Source of the DNA: Candidatus Eiseniibacteriota bacterium
Lineage (GTDB): Bacteria; Eisenbacteria; RBG-16-71-46; CAZAMP01
Direction: 5' to 3'
DNA length: 64,000 nucleotides
NCBI GenBank assembly: GCA_965224245.1
Contig: OZ245046.1
Span: forward strand, 5,632,001-5,696,000
The position numbers were made by a program, and so were the translations under genes. The notes beneath the pieces were generated by a model. That model had not been told where the DNA came from and made no database searches. It was given only the letters and a program-made list of their open reading frames with translations. Positions 39,202 to 48,082 of this stretch are shown piece after piece (position 1 is the first letter of the stretch; every line of letters starts with the position of its first letter).

Positions 39202-40635
39202 GTGGCCACACGCAAAGCCAGGGCCGAAGATCTGAACTTCAAGAACGTCGTCGACCGGCAGTTCGATCGCGCGACCCGATTCCTGAAGCTCCCGGAGGGT
39301 CTCGTCCAGTCGATCAAGGTCTGCAACAACGTGTACTACGTGCAGTTTCCCGTGAAGTTCGGTAAGCGGTACCAGATCTTCGAAGGATGGCGAGCCGAGC
39401 ACAGCCACCACAAGAAGCCGCTGAAGGGCGGCATCCGCTACTCGCGAATGGTGGAGCAGGACGAGGTCATCGCGCTCGCGGCGCTGATGACGTACAAGTG
39501 CGCCATCGCGAACGTCCCGTTCGGGGGCTCGAAGGGCGGGGTCAAGCTTCGACCCCGCGACTACACGCCCGACCAGCTGGAGAAGGTCACCCGTCGCTTC
39601 ACTGCCGAGCTGATCAACAAGCGTTTCATCGGCCCGGGGATCAACGTGCCGGCGCCCGACTACGGCACCGGCGAGCGAGAGATGGCGTGGATCGCCGACA
39701 CCTACGATGCGTTCCACGCCGGTGAGCTCGACAACATGGCCTGCGTCACCGGCAAGCCCGTGAGCCAGGGCGGAATCCGCGGACGCAGCGCGGCCACGGG
39801 GCGGGGCGTCGTGTTCGGGCTGCGAGAGTTCTTCCAGCACAAGAAGGACGTGGTCGCGGCCGGCCTCTCGGGCACGCTCGAGGGCAAGCGGGTCTCGGTC
39901 CAGGGCTTCGGCAACGTCGGGTTCCACGTGGCGAACATCCTCGCGCGAGAGGACGGCGCCAGGATCGTCGCCGTCGGCGAGTACGACGGCACGGCGTACG
40001 ATCCGGACGGTCTCGACCTCGCCAAGCTGGAGCGGCACTTCAGATCCAAGCGCTCCATCCGGGGTTTCCCCGGCGCCAAGACGCTGCCGACGGGGCTCGA
40101 CTGCCTGGAGGTGGACTGCGACGTGCTCGTGCCCGCCGCGCTCGAGCATCAGATCACCCTCGCCAACGCCAGGAAGGTCAAGGCCCGCGTGATCGCCGAG
40201 GCGGCCAACGGGCCCACGACGCCCGAGGCCGAAGCCCTCCTGATGAAGCGCGGGGTCTGGATCCTGCCCGACATCTACCTCAACGCGGGTGGGGTGACGG
40301 TCTCGTACTTCGAGTGGAGCAAGAACATCTCGCACATGCGTCTGGGCCGCATGGAGAAGCGACGCGACGAGGCGGTCTCGCGCCAGCAGGTGCAGGAGAT
40401 CGAGAAGCTCGTCGGGCGCAAGTTCCCGTCCGAGGTGCGTCGGAAGATGATGATCGGCGGCAACGAGGAGGATCTCGTCAACTCGGGGCTCGAGGAGACG
40501 ATGGTCACCGCGTACAACGAGATCCGCGACACGAGAAAGCGCCATCGCGGCGTCGAGGATCTCCGGACCGCCGCCTTCATCTGCGCGATCCAGAAGATCG
40601 CCGAGAGCTACCTGGCGCTCGGGATCTTCCCCTGA
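39202..40635 (+). CDS. gdhA: Glutamate dehydrogenase (Glu/Leu/Phe/Val DH family)
   Basis: KGGIRY, MTYKCA, GGSKGG, VPAPD, TGKP, QGFGNVG, EAANGP, NAGGVTVSYFEW; RBS aggagg. Confidence 0.95.
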   Translation: MATRKARAEDLNFKNVVDRQFDRATRFLKLPEGLVQSIKVCNNVYYVQFPVKFGKRYQIFEGWRAEHSHHKKPLKGGIRYSRMVEQDEVIALAALMTYKCAIANVPFGGSKGGVKLRPRDYTPDQLEKVTRRFTAELINKRFIGPGINVPAPDYGTGEREMAWIADTYDAFHAGELDNMACVTGKPVSQGGIRGRSAATGRGVVFGLREFFQHKKDVVAAGLSGTLEGKRVSVQGFGNVGFHVANILAREDGARIVAVGEYDGTAYDPDGLDLAKLERHFRSKRSIRGFPGAKTLPTGLDCLEVDCDVLVPAALEHQITLANARKVKARVIAEAANGPTTPEAEALLMKRGVWILPDIYLNAGGVTVSYFEWSKNISHMRLGRMEKRRDEAVSRQQVQEIEKLVGRKFPSEVRRKMMIGGNEEDLVNSGLEETMVTAYNEIRDTRKRHRGVEDLRTAAFICAIQKIAESYLALGIFP

Positions 40636-40709
40636 TCGGGCCCTCGTGAGCGCGGTGCCCGCCCGCTCGCGGGCACCGACGGCCGGGGCGGTCGGCCGGG
40701 ACGGCGCGG

Positions 40710-42752
40710 TCAGCGCAGCCGGAGCTCGAGCCGGATCCGCCGCCCGGGGGCCGGCAGGCCCCACGCGTCGTAGAGCGCGACGTCGCCCAGGTTGTCCACG
40801 GCGATCCGCGCCTCGGCGCTGGAGAAGGTACCTGCGCCCCAGGACACGCGTACCGGCCAGGATCGGGAGACCGATGCGGAGAGGATCGCCTCGGCATCCA
40901 GCTCGACGCTGTCGCCGGTGATGCCGTCGATCACGCTCTGATCCCCGGTGTACGAGACGCCGACGCTGCCCACCGCGCCGGCGGCGATCGGGAACCGCGC
41001 GCGGGCATCTCCGAACGCGGACGGCAGGTTCTCCGGCCGCGTGGTGTCGTCCGTCTCGGTGTCGGTCAGATCCACCGACTGAAGCGTGGCGTTGGCCGAC
41101 AGCTCGATGCGCCCGAGGCGATGGGCCCCGATGAGCTCGAGCCCCGTGCTCGTCAGCTCGTTCCGGTTCACGCGCATGAACTTCCCCGTGCCGTCGTCGA
41201 GGAGCACGCGCACCACGGCGTCCTCCAGGAGCGTGTGGAACACGACGAGCTGGGCCGATCCGTCGCCGACGCGCGAGCTGATTCCCGCCTCGGTGGTCAG
41301 CAGCTTCTCGGGCTCGAGGTCGGGGTTCGGCACGAATCGATCGAGTGCGCCGGAGTAGAGCTCGCGGAGCGCCGGGAACCGGCCCCGCCGGCTGACCCCG
41401 GCGTGCACCACGGCCCGACCCATCACGGCCGAGAGGCCGGCGCGCGCACCCAGCTCGGACAGCGGTTCCTGGGTGTCGCGGCCACCCGCCTCGGGCGTGG
41501 CGGCACGATCGTAGGCGGCTCCCACGCTGAACGAGAGGGCGTCGACGGCTCCGAAGCCGTCGGTGCGCCAGACGTTCTCGACGCCGACGCTGCTGATCTC
41601 CTGGCGGTAGCGAGCGTCGCCTTCGGGAAGGCTCTCGTCGTGGCGAATGCCCGACCACGTGAACGCACCGCGCAGCATTCCGCGGCGTCCGAGCGTCTGA
41701 TCGGCGAGGAGGCGCAGCGTCACCGTCCGGTCCTCGCCGTCGTCGAAGCCGACGACCTCGTCGTACGCACGGGTGGCATAGGCGTCGATGTCGGTCCGGC
41801 CGCGATCGTATCCGACGCTCAGCTCCAGGTCGCCGCGGCCGCCGAACGGTGAGCGCCGGAGGCCGGTACCGCCCGAGAGCACCGCCAGCGTTCGGGACAC
41901 GCTCGGGTAGCGCCACAGTCGGGCGTCCTCGTCGGGCACTCCGAGCTCGGCGGCGATGCCACGCTCCTCGTCGAACGAGGATCCCGAGAACGAGAGCCAC
42001 GCGCCGCCGGGCGTGTCGTAGCGCAGCGCGACGAATCCGTTGACGTTGCGGAGGTCGGTGTTGAGGCGGAGGTCGTCCTTGGTCCGGACCGGCTCGCGGA
42101 TGCCGTCGGCCAGGGGCTCGCCGTCTCGGTCGCGAAAGCCGACCCCGGCCCGGGCCAGCCAGCTCCCGGAGCGCGACTCGAACGGGATCGACGTCGTGAC
42201 CGTGGTCCCGAACGCACCGGTGTCGTCCGCGCCGGTGGTGATCTCGAGCCGTCTCTCGGGGGATCGCGCGCGAGCGTCACCGACCCGGACCTCGACGACG
42301 CCGCCGAGCACGTTGGGCCCGTGCAGCATCGACGAGAGCCCTCGCGTGAACGTGACGTCCTCCAGAGCCGTGGCCGGGATGACCGAGACGTCGGCACGTG
42401 CGTCCCACGCCAGGGTGATCGGTACCCCGTCCACCAGCACTGCGACCTGACGCGACTCGGATCCTCTCGCGGAGATCTCGGCCTCGCCGCGAGAGTTCGT
42501 CCGGACGTGCAGCATCGGCAGCTCGCGAAGGACGTTCTCGAGCGAGGCCGCCGCCGGCACCGGCAGCGAGTCCAGCTCCGCCTCGACGGCGCTGGCGCCG
42601 CCGATGGTGGTCACCGCGCGGGGTGCCTGTACCACGACCTCTTCGCCGGTGTAGATCGGCTTCCGGTCGGAGTCGTCTGGGGCGTTCTCCGTGGCGGAGC
42701 CGTCGAACCCGATCAGACACACGATCGAGGCGTAGAGAGCCGAGCGTTGCAT
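40710..42752 (-). CDS. TonB-dependent receptor
   Basis: TonB box EEVVVQA, plug SARGSESRQVAVLVDGVP, LHGPNVLGGVV, NPDLEPE, DNLGD...PGRRIRLELRLR. Confidence 0.9.
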   Translation of the reverse strand: MQRSALYASIVCLIGFDGSATENAPDDSDRKPIYTGEEVVVQAPRAVTTIGGASAVEAELDSLPVPAAASLENVLRELPMLHVRTNSRGEAEISARGSESRQVAVLVDGVPITLAWDARADVSVIPATALEDVTFTRGLSSMLHGPNVLGGVVEVRVGDARARSPERRLEITTGADDTGAFGTTVTTSIPFESRSGSWLARAGVGFRDRDGEPLADGIREPVRTKDDLRLNTDLRNVNGFVALRYDTPGGAWLSFSGSSFDEERGIAAELGVPDEDARLWRYPSVSRTLAVLSGGTGLRRSPFGGRGDLELSVGYDRGRTDIDAYATRAYDEVVGFDDGEDRTVTLRLLADQTLGRRGMLRGAFTWSGIRHDESLPEGDARYRQEISSVGVENVWRTDGFGAVDALSFSVGAAYDRAATPEAGGRDTQEPLSELGARAGLSAVMGRAVVHAGVSRRGRFPALRELYSGALDRFVPNPDLEPEKLLTTEAGISSRVGDGSAQLVVFHTLLEDAVVRVLLDDGTGKFMRVNRNELTSTGLELIGAHRLGRIELSANATLQSVDLTDTETDDTTRPENLPSAFGDARARFPIAAGAVGSVGVSYTGDQSVIDGITGDSVELDAEAILSASVSRSWPVRVSWGAGTFSSAEARIAVDNLGDVALYDAWGLPAPGRRIRLELRLR

Positions 42753-42878
42753 GCAGGTCGTCCTCTCGGTTGGGTATCGCGTTCGTCGGTCGCGCCGGGC
42801 GCCCCGCACACGGACCGGACGTGTCGTACGGCGGCACTGCCGGTCGTTCCGATGACGCCCGCATGTGCCGAGTGAGAG

Positions 42879-44807
42879 CTAGCCGCCGCCGAGTCTCCGG
42901 CGTGCACGGTCGATCCACGGCGTCACGCGGGCCTTCTCGGTCCGGGGAGCCTGTGACTCCGCCCGGCGAAACGCCTCGAGCGCGTCGCGGTACGCACCGA
43001 TCGCCAGCGCGCGCCGCCCTTCGAGGATGGCGACGCGGTAGTCGCCGGGGGAGGCGCGTCTCGCGCCCGCGACCGCCGCGTCGAACCCATCCCAGTCGTT
43101 CGTGGCGCCGCGAGCTTCGGCGAGCCGGAGCCAGGATAGCACGCGTGTCGAGTCCAGCGTGACCGCGCGTTCGAACGCGAGCGCGGCGTCCTTCCAGCGG
43201 TTCATGACGACGTACGTCTCTCCGAGCCCGTGATGCGCCTCGGGATCGCCCGGGGTCAGCGCCACCGACCGCAGCTGCATCTCGAGCATGTTGGCCACCT
43301 GCATCTCACTCGAGTGCAGGATCGAGTCGGAACGTGCCTGCCAGCGCTCGATCATCGTGCCGAGCGGCGTGGGCTCGAACTCGCGCGTCTCGGGCGCGGT
43401 CCCCGCATCGTCGCCCATGACGTAGCCCAGCGACATCAGGCGCCGGCGCATGTCCTCGTCGATGGCCTCGGCGTGCTGCGGAGCGGCGTGGGCGGCCACG
43501 CGTTCCGTCAGCTCGAACTGCAGCTCGGCGGCGGCGCGAGGCATCTCCGAGACCGTCGGCGGTGCATCGCCGGCGAGCAGGTTCTTCCGCTCGTCCCGAT
43601 CCCGCGCGAGGTCGTAGTACTCGGGCCACGGGGCATCGATGAACTTGTCGCCGTGGCGGCGAAGCGCGTGGATCGGCGCCCAGCCGTGCATGAGGTGGGG
43701 CCAGAGGGTCTCCAGGTACACCGTTCGCGGCTCGTCCGGTGGCGGGTCGAGGAGCGAGAGTGCCTCGCCGGACGTGTCGTGAGTCATGCCGAGCAGGTCG
43801 AGCACGGTGGGGAACACGTCGCACGTCGTGACCACGCGGCCCGACAGCGTGGCCGGTGCATTCATCGCGTTGCCCGGGACGAGTATCAGGGGCACGTGCA
43901 TGGTCGATTCGTACACGAGGTGCGCGTGAGTCCGCTCGCCGTGCTCGCCGAGCCCCTCGCCGTGATCGGCGGTGACCACGATCAGCGTCCGGTCGCCGAC
44001 TCCACCGGAGTCCAGCGCGGCCAGGAGGCGGCCCAGCTCCCGATCCACGAACGCGATCTCGCCGTCGTACGGGGCGTCCGCGAACGACGCGTCGAACGGG
44101 CTCGGTGGCGCGTACGGATCGTGGGCGTCGAAGTAGTGCACCCACACGAAGAACGGCTGGCGATCGATCATGTCGATCACGTTCGAGTTCAGCCACGAGA
44201 GCGCGGCGTCGGTGACGCGGTCGGCCGGGCGCTCCGCGGAGCCGCGCTGGGCCCGCGGGTCGTCGGAGAGCTGATCGTCGTACACGTCGAAGCCCTGCGC
44301 GAGCCCGCGGCTCCGCTCGAGCACCGACGCGGCCACGAAGGCCGCCGTGGCGTAGCCCGCCCCGGACAGTCGCTCGGCCAGCGTGGTCACCCGATCGTCG
44401 AGATGGTGCACGCCGTTCAGGCGGACCCCGTGATCGGGCGGAACGAGTCCGGTGAAGAGGCTGGCGTGTGCCGGCAGCGTGATCGGCACCGGCGTGACGG
44501 CGTCGGTCACGCGAACGCCGCGTCCGGCGAGGCCGTCGATCACCGGGGTCTCGGCGGCGCGATACCCGTAGCAGCCGAGGTGATCGGCGCGCACGGTGTC
44601 CAGCGTGACCACGAGCACGTTGTATCCCTGGAGCGCCCCGCGCGCGATCGGCATCGCGCTCACCTCGCGTCCGGGCGGCGTCGACTCGTCGCACGACACC
44701 AGCGCCCAGGCCGACACGGCCAGCGCCACCACCGAGACGGCGCGCGATCCCGGCGCGTCCGGCGAAGCCGGCCGGCTCGGCCGCGCGGGGTTCCGGCTCC
44801 ACCACAT
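42879..44807 (-). CDS. Sulfatase-like hydrolase (alkaline phosphatase superfamily) with C-terminal TPRs
   Basis: NVLVVTLDTVRADHL, PITLPAHASLFTG, HYFDAHDPY, TADHGE; TPR tail. Start uncertain. Confidence 0.85.
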   Translation of the reverse strand: MWWSRNPARPSRPASPDAPGSRAVSVVALAVSAWALVSCDESTPPGREVSAMPIARGALQGYNVLVVTLDTVRADHLGCYGYRAAETPVIDGLAGRGVRVTDAVTPVPITLPAHASLFTGLVPPDHGVRLNGVHHLDDRVTTLAERLSGAGYATAAFVAASVLERSRGLAQGFDVYDDQLSDDPRAQRGSAERPADRVTDAALSWLNSNVIDMIDRQPFFVWVHYFDAHDPYAPPSPFDASFADAPYDGEIAFVDRELGRLLAALDSGGVGDRTLIVVTADHGEGLGEHGERTHAHLVYESTMHVPLILVPGNAMNAPATLSGRVVTTCDVFPTVLDLLGMTHDTSGEALSLLDPPPDEPRTVYLETLWPHLMHGWAPIHALRRHGDKFIDAPWPEYYDLARDRDERKNLLAGDAPPTVSEMPRAAAELQFELTERVAAHAAPQHAEAIDEDMRRRLMSLGYVMGDDAGTAPETREFEPTPLGTMIERWQARSDSILHSSEMQVANMLEMQLRSVALTPGDPEAHHGLGETYVVMNRWKDAALAFERAVTLDSTRVLSWLRLAEARGATNDWDGFDAAVAGARRASPGDYRVAILEGRRALAIGAYRDALEAFRRAESQAPRTEKARVTPWIDRARRRLGGG

Positions 44808-45020
44808 GCTCACGACGCTCACGAACGACGGCAACGGTGCGTCCTCCAGTCGGGGTCCAGGGACGGGCAGTCTACCAGGATCGCGGCCGAAGTCCGGACA
44901 ATCGCACGAGGCCCGCCGTCCGGATCGGGGCCACGGTTGCCGCGCCGAGCCCGAGCGGGTACTGTCATGTTGCGATGAAACGGTATCTCCACGGCGTCGA
45001 AAGACAGCGGAGGACGCCTC

Positions 45021-47771
45021 ATGTTCGATCAGTTCAAGCAACAGCTTCCCGACATCGACCCGATCGAGACCCAGGAGTGGCTGGAGTCTCTCGAGTCGGT
45101 GATTCAGCAGTCGGGCGCCAAGCGCGCGCAGTACCTGATGTACAAGCTCCTGAAGGCCGCGCGCATGCGGAACGTCGGCCTGCCGCCGACCACACAGACC
45201 CGCTACATCAACACCATCAGTCCCGAGCAGGAGCCCACGTTCCCCGGAGACGAGGACATGGAGCGGCGCATCCGGCGTCTCATCCGCTGGAACGCGGCCG
45301 CGATGGTCATCCGGGCCAACCGCCGTTTCGACGGACTCGGCGGACACCTGTCGACCTATGCCTCGGCCGCGACGTTGCTGGAGGTCGGGTTCAATCACTT
45401 CTTCCGGGGCAAGGATCATCCCGGCGGTGGGGACCAGATCTACTTCCAGGGCCACGCCGCGCCGGGCATCTACGCCCGCGCGTTCCTGGAAGGTCGTCTG
45501 TCGGAATCGCAGCTCGATCGGTTCCGGCGCGAGACCGGCGGGGGCGGGCTCTCGAGCTATCCGCACCCGCGGCTGATGCCCGAGTTCTGGGAGTTTCCGA
45601 CCGTGTCGATGGGACTGGGACCGATCAGCGCGATCTACCAGGCCCGGTTCAATCAGTACCTCCATGCCCGGGGCATCGCCGACACGTCACAGAAGCGCGT
45701 GTGGGCGTTTCTGGGTGACGGCGAGTGCGACGAGCCCGAGGCGCTGGGCGCGCTCACACTCGCGGCGCGTGACGGCCTCGACAACCTCACGTTCGTCGTG
45801 AACTGCAACCTCCAGCGACTCGACGGTCCGGTGCGTGGCAACGGGAAGATCATCCAGGAGCTGGAGGCGGTGTTCCGCGGCGCCGGCTGGAACGTGATCA
45901 AGGTGATCTGGGGCCGCCAGTGGGATCCGCTGCTCGCCAGGGACCGCCGCGGTGTGCTCGAGCAGAAGATGATGGACACGCTCGACGGCGACTATCAGCT
46001 CTACTCGGTCGAGGACGGCGCCTTCATCCGCAAGCACTTCTTCGGTCCCGATCCGGAGCTCGCGCGCCTCGTCGAGGACCTGTCCGACGAGGACATCAAG
46101 CGGCTGCGCCGCGGCGGCCACGACTATCGAAAGATGTACGCGGCGTACAAGCGTGCCACCGAGACCGTCGGGCAGCCCACCGTGATCCTGGCCAAGACCG
46201 TCAAGGGGTGGACGCTGGGCCCGGGCGTCGCCGGACGCAACGTCACGCATCAGAAGAAGAAGCTGGAGGACGATCAGCTCAGGACGTTCCGCGATCTCCT
46301 CGAGCTGCCCATCCCCGACGATCAGCTGGACGACCTCCCCTTCCATCACCCCGGTCCGAAGTCGGACGAAGTGCGCTACCTCATCGAGCGGCGGCGGGCG
46401 CTGGGCGGCTTCGTCCCCACGCGACACGCTCGCGCCAAGACGCCGATCTCGCCCCCGGCGGACTCGGTGTTCACCGAGTTCCTGGCGGGCACCAAGGCGA
46501 ACGTCGAGGCCTCCACGACGATGGCCTACGTCCGGATGCTGCGGAAGATCATGAAGGACCCGGCGCTCGGGCGTCGGGTGGTTCCGATCATTCCCGACGA
46601 GGCGCGCACGTTCGGGATGGATCCGCTGTTCGCCGAGTTCGGCATCTACGCGTCGCAGGGGCAGAAGTACACGCCGGTCGACGCGGACTACGTGATGAAG
46701 TACCACGAGGCCGCCGACGGGCAGATCCTCGAGGAGGGGATCACCGAGGCCGGCGCGCTGTGCGACTTCACCGCGGCCTCCACGTCGTACGCGACGCACG
46801 GCGAGCCGACGGTGCCGTTCTACATGTTCTACTCGATGTTCGGCTTCCAGCGGGTCGCAGACCTGATCTGGGCGTGTGCCGATCAGCGCGGTCGGGGCTT
46901 TCTCCTCGGTGCCACGGCCGGCCGCACGACGCTGATGGGCGAGGGGCTCCAGCACGACGACGGCCAGAGCCACGTCATGGCCTCGGTCGTGCCGTCGGTG
47001 CACGCGTACGATCCGGCCTACGCATTCGAGGCGGCCATCATCACCCGCGAGGGCCTTCGCCGGATGCTGGACGAGAACGAGGACGTCATCTACTACATCA
47101 CCCTCTACAACGAGGCGTACACGATGCCCGCGATGCCCGAGGGAGCGTCCGAGGGCGTGCTCAAGGGGCTCTATCGATTCCGCGAGGCGCCGACGGGCAA
47201 GCACCGCGTGCGCCTTCTGGGAAGCGGTCCCATTCTGAACGAGACACTGCGCGCCGCCGAGATGCTGGCCGAGGGCTACGACGTGGCCGCCGAGGTCTGG
47301 AGCGCGACCAGCTACTCCGAGCTCCGGCGAGACGCGCTCGAGGTGGATCGTTGGAATCGCCTGCATCCGGGCGAGGAGGCGCGAAAGCCGTACGTGACCG
47401 AGTGTCTCGGCGGCGAGGACTCCCCGATCGTCTGCGCGTCGGACTACATGAAGACGATGCCGGACATGATCGCGAAGTGGGTGCCGGAGACCTTCATCGC
47501 GCTCGGAACCGATGGGTTCGGGCGAAGCGACACGCGTCAGTCGCTCCGGCGCTTCTTCGAGGTCGACGCGGGACACATCGTGGTGGCGGCGCTGTCCGGG
47601 CTCTGTCGCGCCGGCGCGGTGAAGGCGTCGGTCGTCCAGAAGGCGATGAAGACGCTCGAGATCGATCCGGACTCCAGGGCGCCCGAGAGTCGTGACCTCG
47701 GTGAGCAGGTCGTCGAGAAGACGAACGGCGCCCGAGGCCGCCGGTCTCGGCGAAAGGCGCCGTCCCGGTAG
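45021..47771 (+). CDS. aceE: Pyruvate dehydrogenase E1, homodimeric type
   Basis: DIDPIETQEW, FPTVSMGLGP, GDGECDEPE, NCNLQRLDGPVRGNGKIIQELE, LGTDGFGRSD. Confidence 0.97.
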   Translation: MFDQFKQQLPDIDPIETQEWLESLESVIQQSGAKRAQYLMYKLLKAARMRNVGLPPTTQTRYINTISPEQEPTFPGDEDMERRIRRLIRWNAAAMVIRANRRFDGLGGHLSTYASAATLLEVGFNHFFRGKDHPGGGDQIYFQGHAAPGIYARAFLEGRLSESQLDRFRRETGGGGLSSYPHPRLMPEFWEFPTVSMGLGPISAIYQARFNQYLHARGIADTSQKRVWAFLGDGECDEPEALGALTLAARDGLDNLTFVVNCNLQRLDGPVRGNGKIIQELEAVFRGAGWNVIKVIWGRQWDPLLARDRRGVLEQKMMDTLDGDYQLYSVEDGAFIRKHFFGPDPELARLVEDLSDEDIKRLRRGGHDYRKMYAAYKRATETVGQPTVILAKTVKGWTLGPGVAGRNVTHQKKKLEDDQLRTFRDLLELPIPDDQLDDLPFHHPGPKSDEVRYLIERRRALGGFVPTRHARAKTPISPPADSVFTEFLAGTKANVEASTTMAYVRMLRKIMKDPALGRRVVPIIPDEARTFGMDPLFAEFGIYASQGQKYTPVDADYVMKYHEAADGQILEEGITEAGALCDFTAASTSYATHGEPTVPFYMFYSMFGFQRVADLIWACADQRGRGFLLGATAGRTTLMGEGLQHDDGQSHVMASVVPSVHAYDPAYAFEAAIITREGLRRMLDENEDVIYYITLYNEAYTMPAMPEGASEGVLKGLYRFREAPTGKHRVRLLGSGPILNETLRAAEMLAEGYDVAAEVWSATSYSELRRDALEVDRWNRLHPGEEARKPYVTECLGGEDSPIVCASDYMKTMPDMIAKWVPETFIALGTDGFGRSDTRQSLRRFFEVDAGHIVVAALSGLCRAGAVKASVVQKAMKTLEIDPDSRAPESRDLGEQVVEKTNGARGRRSRRKAPSR

Positions 47772-47986
47772 CCGTCACCGCCGATCGAACAGCTTCCCCG
47801 GCTGGCGCCCCGCGAATCCCGTACGCGTTCGACGTCCGGGGCGCTGCCGGCCACGGTGACACCGCTCGATACCCCGCGAGTGCCCGCGAGACGCGTCCGC
47901 GCACCGAGCTCCGGAGCGCCTACCCATCGCCACGAGCGTGATCGACGGCCACGAGGCGGGACCTCTCCTTTCCTGAGCTTCCGGCT

Positions 47987-48028
47987 TGATCGAGATAGTC
48001 AATATTGAGTACATTGATATCCAGATCA
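47987..48028. promoter_or_regulatory. AT-rich palindromic putative operator upstream of the subtilase
   Basis: Perfect tcaatattga (47999-48008) within a larger imperfect inverted repeat tgatc..gatagtcaat / attgatatc..gatca. Confidence 0.45.
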
Positions 48029-48082
48029 GAGTTCGTCGCCCATTGACGATCCGCGCATCGATCACATGCAGGGGAACGGAAC

